DNA from: an uncultured Verrucomicrobiae bacterium | Lineage (GTDB): Bacteria > Verrucomicrobiota > Verrucomicrobiia > Chthoniobacterales > UBA10450 | Assembly: GCA_963735805.1 (NCBI GenBank) | Contig: CAVTMK010000003.1 | Location: 224,001 to 288,000 of the forward strand | Length of the DNA stretch: 64,000 nt | Direction: 5' to 3' | Shown: positions 1-8,561 of the stretch, one piece after another | Layout of the letters: each line of letters begins with the position of its first letter | Numbering within the stretch: position 1 is the stretch's first letter | Made by a program: the position numbers and the translations under genes | Notes under the pieces: generated by a model | What the model was told of the DNA's origin: nothing | Database searches by the model: none | The model's input: only the letters and a program-made list of their open reading frames with translations

Positions 1-1642
1 CTGAACGGAGATGGTCAAGGCGATCTCGCAGGCCACGGAGGCGAGCAGCGCGCCGTGTTCGTCTATCAGATCGAATCGTACCGCTATTGGCAGGCGCAGC
101 TGAACAGGACGGACTTCGTCCATGGACAGTTCGGCGAGAAACTTCACGATCGAAGGACTGCCCGACGACGCCGTCTCCATCGGTGACCGTTATCAGATCG
201 GCAGTGCGCTGTTCGAGGTGACCCAACCGCGTGTTACCTGCTATCGCGTTGGGATCCGCATGAACGAGCCCCGGATGCCGGCCCTGCTAACATCCAGCGG
301 ACGACCTGGGTTCTACTTCCGTGTCCTACAGGAAGGCGAGGTGGGCGCTGGCGATGAGATCATAAAAGTGGGAGAGCCGAAAGAGAGGATGACCGTCGCA
401 GAGATCAACGCGCTGCTGTATTCGCCAAACCATCCCCGCGATCGACTGGAGCGCGCATTGCGGATCGAAGCGCTCTCGCCAGGATGGCGCTTGTCTTTCG
501 AGGAATTATTGCGGAGTCAAACAAAGGGCGCTGCCAATGGCTACGCAGGCCTTGTGCCGGCGGCAGCTGCACATCCCGCGACTCCCGGATTTCGGTCGCT
601 CGCGGTTACCGCGATAGACCATGAATCGGCGGACGTCCTCTCGCTGACGATGCAGAGCGCGGAAGCTCAACCGCTGCCAACTGCTCTGCCAGGACAATAC
701 GTGGTGTTACGTCTGCAACCGACCGAGAGAGCCTTGCCACTTTTTCGCTGTTACTCGCTTTCCGGTGCCCCGTCCGCAGAGCGCTATCGAATCAGCGTGA
801 AGATTGAGCCAAATGGAGTCGCTGGAACGTACCTGCGAGACCATGTCCAAGTGGGCGATCTTCTCGATGTCAGCTCACCGCGCGGAAGCTTCGTCCTGCA
901 GTCTGGAGATCGGCCCATCGTGCTGCTTAGCGCGGGAATCGGGTCAACGCCTGTTCTGGCCATGCTGCACGTGCTGGCGGACGCTCACTCAACACGGCAG
1001 GTGTTGTGGCTGCAAGCGGCCCGTGATGGGCAGCATCATCCATTCGCCTCCGAAGTCCGCCGTCTCATGCTCACGCTCTCGTATGGCCGTAGCTTTGTTT
1101 GCTACAGCAGGCCGGATTCGCGCGACAAGGCAGGTGAAGACTTCGATGCTACCGGTCATTTGTCCCGATCAGTCTTCGACGAGATTGCTCTCCCGCGAGA
1201 GGCGGATGTCTACCTGTGCGGGCCAACTCGCTTTATGTCAGACATGAAAGAGACGCTTGCGACCTTGGGCCTGGCGCCGCAACGGATCCACATCGAAATC
1301 TTCAACGGCAGCGAGTCGATCACTCCTGGTGTCGTTGGCGCAGCGACGCCAGCTCCGCATCTGCCCAGGGACGACGCTAATACCGGTCCGATAGTATCGT
1401 TCGCGCGCAGTGGCATCGCCGCACACTGGAGCGCGTCAGCCTACAAAAGTATCCTGGAGCTGGCCGAGGCGTGCGACGTTCCGGTCCGTTGGTCGTGTCG
1501 GACCGGTGTTTGTCACACCTGTGAAAGCGGGTTGATTTCCGGGTCAGTCGGCTACGAACCCGAGCCACTCGACAAGCCGGCCCCTGGCAATCTTCTCATC
1601 TGCTGCTCGCAACCGACTCGCAACGTCGTCATCGATTTATAG
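1..1642 (+). CDS. MOSC + 3-alpha + FNR-like FAD/NAD-binding + 2Fe-2S ferredoxin oxidoreductase; 5'-partial, +1 frameshift near 139-141
   Basis: Frame 1 from base 1 reads LNGDGQGDLAGHGGEQRAVFVYQ..GQFGE (MOSC). It continues in ORF 122..1642 as NFTIEGL..QPRVTC, RCYSL (FAD), GIGSTP, YLCGP and CRTGVCHTC..C (2Fe-2S). GAG AAA C TTC would need to be GAG AAC TTC. Confidence 0.85.
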
Positions 1643-1747
1643 AGGCTGATCGAGATTCGTGTACGCTTACGAATCTCATCCAAGTCGTGGCAGCATCCTA
1701 CCTGGGTGTGAAATGCGAAATACGATCATAAGAGCGAAAGGATTTCA

Positions 1748-2602
1748 ATGGACACGGTGACGTATCGGAAGGTGGATGTCGACGGCATCAAGATTTTCTA
1801 CCGCGAGAGTGGACCGAAGGAGGCTCCAACGATTCTCCTATTGCATGGCTTTCCCACTGCCGGCCACATGTTCCGCGATCTCATTCCGCGCCTCGCGGAC
1901 CGATTTCACCTCGTCGCTCCCGATCTGCCGGCATTTGGACAGTCCGATATGCCAGAGCGCGGCGCCTTTACTTACACGTTTGAGAATATCGCGAACGCCA
2001 TCGACCGCTTTACAGAAGTGATTGGTCTCGCCCGGTTCGCGATGTACGTCTTCGATTATGGCGCGCCCGTCGGCTTTCGCCTGGCCATTCGGCGCCCGGA
2101 TCGAATCACCGCCATCATTTCCCAAAATGGGAACGCCTACGAGGAGGGGCTCAGTGAAGGCTGGAATCCCATTCGAGCCTATTGGCAAGAACCGTCAGCC
2201 AGCAACCGAGACGCGCTGCGCAGCTTTCTCGCGCCTGACACGACCCGCTGGCAGTACACGCATGGTGTGCCAGACGTGACCGCTGTTTCTCCGGACGGTT
2301 ATTCGCTCGACAACTTCTATCTGGCTCGCCCTGGCGCCGACGACATCCAGTTGGACTTGTTAGGCAACTATAAGAGCAACGTCGCGATCTATCCGACCTT
2401 TCAAAACTATTTCCGGACGCACAAGCCACGTTTACTAGCGGTTTGGGGAAAGAACGATCCGTTCTTCCTGCCGCAAGGTGCCGAGGCGTTCAAACGCGAT
2501 ATTCCCGGTGCGGTCGTCCATTTCTTCGACACTGGCCACTTCGCGCTCGAAACGCATGCGAAGGAGATTGGAGCTGAGATCCGCGACTTCCTTGCGGACT
2601 GA
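1748..2602 (+). CDS. Alpha/beta hydrolase, epoxide hydrolase/dehalogenase clan
   Basis: HGFP oxyanion motif, FDYG nucleophile elbow, GHFAL catalytic His; AAAGGA RBS upstream. Confidence 0.9.
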   Translation: MDTVTYRKVDVDGIKIFYRESGPKEAPTILLLHGFPTAGHMFRDLIPRLADRFHLVAPDLPAFGQSDMPERGAFTYTFENIANAIDRFTEVIGLARFAMYVFDYGAPVGFRLAIRRPDRITAIISQNGNAYEEGLSEGWNPIRAYWQEPSASNRDALRSFLAPDTTRWQYTHGVPDVTAVSPDGYSLDNFYLARPGADDIQLDLLGNYKSNVAIYPTFQNYFRTHKPRLLAVWGKNDPFFLPQGAEAFKRDIPGAVVHFFDTGHFALETHAKEIGAEIRDFLAD

Positions 2603-2689
2603 ATGAGATACTCTCCGCAGTCCACTCGTCGCGCTGATACCATAGTGTGTGCAGTGGAGCTCGATCCCGCCCGCGGCATATGGTTTGCC

Positions 2690-3292
2690 CTATCCCTTGG
2701 AGACCTGTTTCCGCACCCGTGGTGGATCGGGTTTGAGGTAAACGATGAGGCAACAGATACAGATTCCCAGTCCAACAAGCGGGTACTTCAACGCAACCAA
2801 TGCGGCCACTCCGAAAAGGCATAAGGTTGTGATCGATCGGAAGTGCATGCTGCGGCGAACAACCGATGAAACTTCACCAACTGGGCTTCGACGAATGAGC
2901 TCCCTTATGAGGCATATGTAAGTGGCGTTTACAAGAAAGAAAACGGCTGCGTAGAAAGCAACCGGTTGCGGCGCCAATCTGCTCACGGCCATCCAGGCCG
3001 TTGAGAGCGGAAGCAGCGACATGGAAAACAGATGCGCGAAATTGAACCACAACAGGCGAGGCGTCGCCTCCGTGGCATAGCGCATGAGATAATGGTGGTT
3101 GGTCCACACGATGGCGATAAATAAATAGCTCACTGCGTAACTTAGCCATGTGGGCCAGAGCAACAGAAACGACTTAAAAGTAGGAAGCTCCGGTGGCCGC
3201 AGGTCCAAAACCAGCACAGTAATAAGGACAGCGAACACGCCGTCGGAAAACGCGCTCAATCGCTCCGGCGTCGCTCTATGAAGCACGGCCAT
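2690..3292 (-). CDS. TMEM175 (DUF1211) family K+ channel-like membrane protein
   Basis: N-terminal ERLSAFSDGVFAVLITVLVLDL signature, WxNHH motif, about 6 TM segments. Confidence 0.88.
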   Translation of the reverse strand: MAVLHRATPERLSAFSDGVFAVLITVLVLDLRPPELPTFKSFLLLWPTWLSYAVSYLFIAIVWTNHHYLMRYATEATPRLLWFNFAHLFSMSLLPLSTAWMAVSRLAPQPVAFYAAVFFLVNATYICLIRELIRRSPVGEVSSVVRRSMHFRSITTLCLFGVAALVALKYPLVGLGICICCLIVYLKPDPPRVRKQVSKG

Positions 3293-3344
3293 ATGGTTTT
3301 CTATGCCGGCAAATCCTGTTTAGACCGACGTAAACTGTCCGTCA

Positions 3345-4454
3345 CTAGCTAAACGCTTCCTTGTTCACCACGTATGGCATCCTGGCCGGGTTACCGTCGT
3401 AGTTGCCTTCGAGCACGTCGATCAGTCCCTGCACCGTGCGCCCCGCCATGCCTTTTTCGGGGTCAACCGACAACCGTGTGATCTGCGCGCCGCTGGCGAA
3501 ATGGTGAAATACGCGACAGCGATCGGCAATTTCCGGATCGAGCAGCGGCGAATCCGCTGGTAAAGGCTCTTTCTCGAAGACGTCGAGCGCGGCGCCAGCA
3601 ATGACTTTTTCTTTCAATGCTTTCGCGAGGGCTTTCTCGTCTACCACGGGACCGCGCGAGCTGTTCATTAAGTACGCCGTCGGCTTCATCAGTTTCAGCG
3701 TTTGCTCGTTGATGAGGTGATAAGTCGGCTTGTCGGTCTCACCTTCACGCAACAGCGGCACGTGAATCGTCACGTAATCGGCGCCGCGCAACGCGTCCTC
3801 GAACTCGACATATTTGATCCACGTCTTCTCGTTCTGGATTCCGCGCGTGTGACGCAGATCCATCAGCTCCTGGGTAGCAGCGATGTATTTGTCGTTGTGA
3901 TACGCCGGATCGTAGCAAAGGATGTTCATGTCGAAACCGGTGCATTTCTTAATCATTGCCAGGCCGATACGACCGGTGCCGATGACCGCAATCGTTTTGC
4001 CCGTGACCTCGTCACCGAGGAACGGCAGGAACGGATGCCACGAGGGCCACCTTTGTTCGCGCACCAGTCGCTCGCTCTGCCACATCTTGCGCGCGAGCAC
4101 GCCCATCATGAAAAACGCGAACTCGGCGGTGGCTTCGGTAAGCACGTCGGCGGTATTCGTAAACGGGATCTTGTATTTGTTCGCGTCAGCGCGATTGATG
4201 TTGTCGAACCCGACTGCGATCTGGGCCACCACCTTCAAAGTCCCCTTCCCTGCTTCGAATACTTCGGCGTCGATCGGATCGCGCAGCGTGGTGATCAGCC
4301 CGTCGACGCCGCTCTTCACTTTCTCGATGATCAATTTCTTCGGCGGGGCGTCCGGCCCCTGGTAAACCTCCAGGTCATAACCGCGTTCGCGGAGCCGGTT
4401 CTCGGCAGCATCGCCGATGCGGGAGGTGGCAAAGACTCGTTTCTTATCGGGCAT
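3345..4454 (-). CDS. D-isomer-specific 2-hydroxyacid dehydrogenase (glyoxylate reductase/D-glycerate dehydrogenase-like)
   Basis: VGFDNI, GTGRIG Rossmann, NSSRGPVVDE and GAALDVFEKEP motifs. Confidence 0.9.
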   Translation of the reverse strand: MPDKKRVFATSRIGDAAENRLRERGYDLEVYQGPDAPPKKLIIEKVKSGVDGLITTLRDPIDAEVFEAGKGTLKVVAQIAVGFDNINRADANKYKIPFTNTADVLTEATAEFAFFMMGVLARKMWQSERLVREQRWPSWHPFLPFLGDEVTGKTIAVIGTGRIGLAMIKKCTGFDMNILCYDPAYHNDKYIAATQELMDLRHTRGIQNEKTWIKYVEFEDALRGADYVTIHVPLLREGETDKPTYHLINEQTLKLMKPTAYLMNSSRGPVVDEKALAKALKEKVIAGAALDVFEKEPLPADSPLLDPEIADRCRVFHHFASGAQITRLSVDPEKGMAGRTVQGLIDVLEGNYDGNPARMPYVVNKEAFS

Positions 4455-4556
4455 GGCTAAAGAAGATGGATCTGCATATTACGTCAACTCTTGGCTACTT
4501 GCTTGAAACGAATGTAGATAAGAACAAAGTGGCAATTGCGAGCAACGCGAGAAAAC

Positions 4557-5006
4557 ATGACACAAGCCAATACGGAACGAGCGCTGCCAGGCGGACGCGT
4601 CATTCGTTTCGTAATCGGCGTCACCTTGATGATCATCGTGATTCCGACCTACCTACGAATGGGTGTACCGTTTCTTTTTAGAACTACGCTCTTAATTCTT
4701 AGCCTGTTGGTCGCATATATCCTTATTCACATCTTCGTGTCGCACAGATGGGTGGGTTCAATTCTCGCTTCAGCGCTTTTTGTTTTGGTCTATCTGTTTG
4801 GCGGCTATCACGGATTAATTCTCAGCCGGGGCGAAGGACGATTGGCAGCCGTCACGTTCCTTGGGTTATCGCTCGTCGTGGCAAGCTTGCGCGGTGATGC
4901 TGGATGTGAACTGACGTCTATTCCAAGTGCGCTTTTGGGTCAGCACTCGCGTTTAGCTTGTCTTGTGTTCTCACCGATTGATCGGGTGGAGAGAAAACTT
5001 CGATAA
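4557..5006 (+). CDS. Small membrane protein, DUF6410-like
   Basis: About 4 TM segments and C-terminal GCELTSIP..LACLVFSPIDRVE pattern; ATG 4557 preferred over TTG 4536. Confidence 0.6.
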   Translation: MTQANTERALPGGRVIRFVIGVTLMIIVIPTYLRMGVPFLFRTTLLILSLLVAYILIHIFVSHRWVGSILASALFVLVYLFGGYHGLILSRGEGRLAAVTFLGLSLVVASLRGDAGCELTSIPSALLGQHSRLACLVFSPIDRVERKLR

Positions 5007-6191
5007 CTACAGGTTTTTCTTCACCCACGTGTCGACTCGATCAAGCGCTTTCTCAATGTTCTCGATCGAGTTCGCCACACTGAAACGCAGATAGCCTTCA
5101 CCGAAATTGCCGAAGGCGGTACCGGAGAGTCCCGCGACGCCGGCGTCGTCGAGCAATGCGTCAGCCAGTTTTTTCGATGGCCAGCCGGTCGCTGTGATGT
5201 TGGGAAAAACGTAGAATGCACCGTGAGGCGAGCGACAGGAGAAGCCTTTGATCTTGTTGAGACCGGCGACCATCACGTCGCGGCGTTTCTTGAATTCGGC
5301 GCGCATCGCATCGACCGATTTCTGATCTCCGCGCAGCGCCTCAATCCCGGCGATCTGCGTGAAACTTGCGGTACACGAGTTTGAGTTAGTCATCAGACGT
5401 GAAATGTGTGCCGCGAGATCGGCGCGCATCACGCCATAACCCATGCGCCAACCGGTCATGGCGTAAGTCTTGGAAAAACCGTCGAGCAATATGGTCCGTT
5501 CCTTCAAACCGTCGATCGACATGATGGAATGATGCTCACCTTCAAAAATCAGGCGGCTATAGATCTCATCGCTTAACACCATGACGTTGCGATCGCCGAT
5601 CGCGCGTGCGATGTCGTCGATGTCTTTCTTCTCCAGCATACCGCCGGTCGGGTTCTGCGGTGAATTTAGAATGATCAACTTCGTCCGATCATTGATCAGG
5701 CCGGCGATCTCATCGACATCGAGCCGAAAATCAAGGTCCTCGCGCAACCGGATCGGCACCGCCTTGGCACCGACGTAGTTGATCATTGATTCATAGATGG
5801 GAAATCCGGGATTCGGATAGATCACCTCATCGCCATCTTCGATAAGGGCAAGAACACTGAAGAAGATGATGGGCTTGCCGCCCGGGACAATGACCACTTC
5901 ATCCGGCATAACATTTACGCTGCGCGTCTCGCTCACGTGCTGAGCGATGACCTCGCGTAACTGAGGTAAACCTGCTGAGGGACCATAATGAGTAAAACTC
6001 TTGTGCAGAGCGTCGCATGCAGCGTCGACGATGTTGGACGGCGTGTCGAAATCAGGCTCTCCAATCTCGAGATGAATGATGTCCCGGCCTTTTGCTTCCA
6101 GCGCTCGCGCCTTCACGAGTACTTCGAAAGCGGTCTCCGTGCCAAGACGCGCCATGCGCTTCGCGAGACGAAGTTCGCGGGCATTCTGCAT
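5007..6191 (-). CDS. PLP-dependent class I/II aminotransferase (aspartate aminotransferase-like)
   Basis: IGEPDF, NSPQNPTG, SDEIY, GFSKTYAMTGWRMG (PLP lysine), GYLRFS; start trimmed to ATG 6191. Confidence 0.92.
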   Translation of the reverse strand: MQNARELRLAKRMARLGTETAFEVLVKARALEAKGRDIIHLEIGEPDFDTPSNIVDAACDALHKSFTHYGPSAGLPQLREVIAQHVSETRSVNVMPDEVVIVPGGKPIIFFSVLALIEDGDEVIYPNPGFPIYESMINYVGAKAVPIRLREDLDFRLDVDEIAGLINDRTKLIILNSPQNPTGGMLEKKDIDDIARAIGDRNVMVLSDEIYSRLIFEGEHHSIMSIDGLKERTILLDGFSKTYAMTGWRMGYGVMRADLAAHISRLMTNSNSCTASFTQIAGIEALRGDQKSVDAMRAEFKKRRDVMVAGLNKIKGFSCRSPHGAFYVFPNITATGWPSKKLADALLDDAGVAGLSGTAFGNFGEGYLRFSVANSIENIEKALDRVDTWVKKNL

Positions 6192-6306
6192 GGCACAGAC
6201 TATGCGCGGACGAGGTCTTCTCTCAACCATCAAAACTCAACTTTTCGCCCTAGCCACCCGGTGCGCCAAATACAGCCAGGCTAATTCGCGCTCGCGAACA
6301 ATTTTG

Positions 6307-7419
6307 GTGAGGACGTCTCGCTGGATCGGTTTTTTCGTAATGGGACTCTTGTTTGCGAGTCTGCCTCTGCAAGTCGCAGCCCGAAAACATCCACGGAACA
6401 AGGCTCCTCACAAAGAAAAGCAATCTTCGGCCGAAATCGAGGCGGCCGCGCGTCTGCAAATTTTTCTCGACGGTTCCAACTTTAGTCCGGGTAAAATTGA
6501 CGGGCGCTATAACGAATTCACCTGGAAAGCCCTCGGCCTTTATCGGCAGTCTCGCGGCGAACCGTCGCAGTCGCCTCCACCCAACGCGAAGGGCAATGTC
6601 GCTCCCGATACCAACGGCCTTGATCTTTCCAGCGTCGAACCGGTCCTCATCACCTACTCCGTGACGCAAGCGGATCTGCAGAATGTAGGAAAATTGCCGG
6701 GCTCTCCAAAAGAACAGGCGAAGTTAGAAGCGCTTTTGTATCGCGACCCTGCCGATGCAATCGCAGAAAAATTCCATTGCGACGTTCATTTCCTGGAGCA
6801 GCTTAACCCCGGCAAGACCAAGTCGATCAAGCCTGGCGACCAATTACGAGTCCCGAATGTTCAGCCGTTCGAGTTAGGGCAGGTCAAAGAAATCAAGCCG
6901 GGCAGCGAGATTAACGCACCAGCTGCTAACGAACTTCCGGATGAACCGGAGAAGGCGCCAGCGGAACAACCGGAACCTTCTCAAAATCCACCGGCGAGCC
7001 CAGCGTCATCGCCGTCGACGTCTGTGAAAATCGATACAAAAACGAACATGCTTGGAGTCTTCCAAGGCGATAAATTAATCGCGGCTTACGCCGTCACCGT
7101 AGGATCTGCACAGACCGCTTCGCCCATTGGGGACTGGAAAGTGAAGGGAGTAGCCAAGTGGCCACGGTTTCGTTACGACGAAAAGATGCTGAAACACGGA
7201 GAACGAAGCGGGCATTTCTTCATGTTACCGCCTGGGCCTCGAAATCCAGTGGGCGTTCTTTGGATCGCGCTCAACAAAAAAGGAATAGGCATTCACGGCA
7301 CAGCTAATCCAGATTCCATAGGACATTCGGTAAGCCATGGCTGTATCCGGCTGGCCAACTGGGATGTGGTTCGTTTGGCCCAGCGAGTTAAATTTGGAAC
7401 ACCAGTCTCGATCCACTAG
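6307..7419 (+). CDS. L,D-transpeptidase (YkuD domain) with peptidoglycan-binding/LysM-like N-terminal region
   Basis: GIHGT..SHGCIRL catalytic motif; SPGKIDG PG-binding-like segment; signal-like N-terminus. Start uncertain (GTG 6307 or ATG 6340). Confidence 0.85.
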   Translation: MRTSRWIGFFVMGLLFASLPLQVAARKHPRNKAPHKEKQSSAEIEAAARLQIFLDGSNFSPGKIDGRYNEFTWKALGLYRQSRGEPSQSPPPNAKGNVAPDTNGLDLSSVEPVLITYSVTQADLQNVGKLPGSPKEQAKLEALLYRDPADAIAEKFHCDVHFLEQLNPGKTKSIKPGDQLRVPNVQPFELGQVKEIKPGSEINAPAANELPDEPEKAPAEQPEPSQNPPASPASSPSTSVKIDTKTNMLGVFQGDKLIAAYAVTVGSAQTASPIGDWKVKGVAKWPRFRYDEKMLKHGERSGHFFMLPPGPRNPVGVLWIALNKKGIGIHGTANPDSIGHSVSHGCIRLANWDVVRLAQRVKFGTPVSIH

Positions 7420-7505
7420 TCATTTCGCTTCTCCGCCCGGATGGTGAATGACTTAACGCGCCGAATACTTTCGCGAGCGAGCGGTCACGTGTACAGTTTA
7501 GTGTT

Positions 7506-8162
7506 TTGAAACGTCGATGGCCTTTCGTCATTTTCGGGTTCGTTCTTCTTTTGATCGTCGCTGGCGTGGCCTTGCAGATTGACTGGACATGGAAACGAAA
7601 ACTTTCACCGTGGGGCGGGCGTTACTTTTTTCATCGCACCGAGCTGGCAGTGCCGTCGTTTCGTCAGGGCGATGAGAAATGGGGCGACGATCCGCTGGGC
7701 GGAGTTGAAGCCAACGGCACGCTTGGCGGCGAAGGCTGTGCGGTGGCCTCTGCGGCGATGGTGTTTAAGTTTTACGGAATTGATGTCGATCCTCAGCAGT
7801 TGAACTGGTTCTTGACGTCCATTGGCGGATATACCGATCAGGGATGGCTTTACTGGGATCGCGCTGCATGGTTCGCTCCCGACCGGGTTCGGCACGTGTA
7901 TGAAGACCTGGCCTCGTATCAGTTGATCGATTCGAATCTCTCCCACGGCAACCCTGTCATTGTGCGGGTGCGACTGCCGAACGGCATCACGCATTTTGTT
8001 GTGATCGCCGGAAAGGATGGTTTCGATTATCTGGTGCAGGATCCCGGCGGCGGCTCGGCGAAAGGATTGTACCCGTTGCGCGAGCTCGGCAGCGACATTG
8101 AAGGGTTAAGATTTTACGAGCCGATTGCGAATCTGAACTCGCAAGCCTCTGTCCAAAGATAG
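7506..8162 (+). CDS. Membrane-anchored C39-like (papain fold) peptidase
   Basis: N-terminal TM; Q..GCAVASAAMV (Cys), THFVVI (His), QDP (Asp). Confidence 0.8.
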   Translation: MKRRWPFVIFGFVLLLIVAGVALQIDWTWKRKLSPWGGRYFFHRTELAVPSFRQGDEKWGDDPLGGVEANGTLGGEGCAVASAAMVFKFYGIDVDPQQLNWFLTSIGGYTDQGWLYWDRAAWFAPDRVRHVYEDLASYQLIDSNLSHGNPVIVRVRLPNGITHFVVIAGKDGFDYLVQDPGGGSAKGLYPLRELGSDIEGLRFYEPIANLNSQASVQR

Positions 8163-8264
8163 ATGCCGGCTCCGTCGCAGCTTGGCGACGACAGCAAAGA
8201 TCGCCCGCCGAACGAAATTCCTTATTTGAAAATATGACGTCGGGTTTGGCGCCAGAGTGCGGGT

Positions 8265-8411
8265 TTAGACTCCTCGCCTACCTTGAATCAGATTGATAAT
8301 GAGGATGATCAGCGCAATTACGAGCAGCAGGTGGATCAAACTTCCGCCGACGTGGCCAATGAAGCCAAGCAACCAGAGTACCACCAGGATAACAATTATA
8401 GTCCAGAGCAT
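8265..8411 (-). CDS. lmo0937-family (DUF5670) small membrane protein, 48 aa
   Basis: Hand translation MLWTIIVILVVLWLLGFIGHVGGSLIHLLLVIALIILIINLIQGRRGV*; AAAGGA RBS; below ORF-track cutoff. Confidence 0.9.
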   Translation of the reverse strand: MLWTIIVILVVLWLLGFIGHVGGSLIHLLLVIALIILIINLIQGRRGV

Positions 8412-8561
8412 CGGTAAATCCTTTCAGTTGAATTAAATCTTCACACCTTGTTTAGACACACCCTTTGTGTTCGCCAAGCTTTTTTCACAACATCGAGTCG
8501 AATCCGTGTTTTTTCGTAGAAGTCATGAGCGGTTCGGCTGGATTTTAAAGGAAAGAACGCC

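Noticed and set aside
3702..4460. Long antisense ORFs (e.g. 3702..4460, 30455..31048, 42867..43559, 48863..49585, 57072..57755)
   Set aside because: Shadows of well-supported genes on the opposite strand in GC-rich DNA, with no motifs of their own.
6076..6306. Long N-terminus of the L,D-transpeptidase ORF
   Set aside because: Overlaps the divergent aminotransferase start; the signal-like segment begins later.
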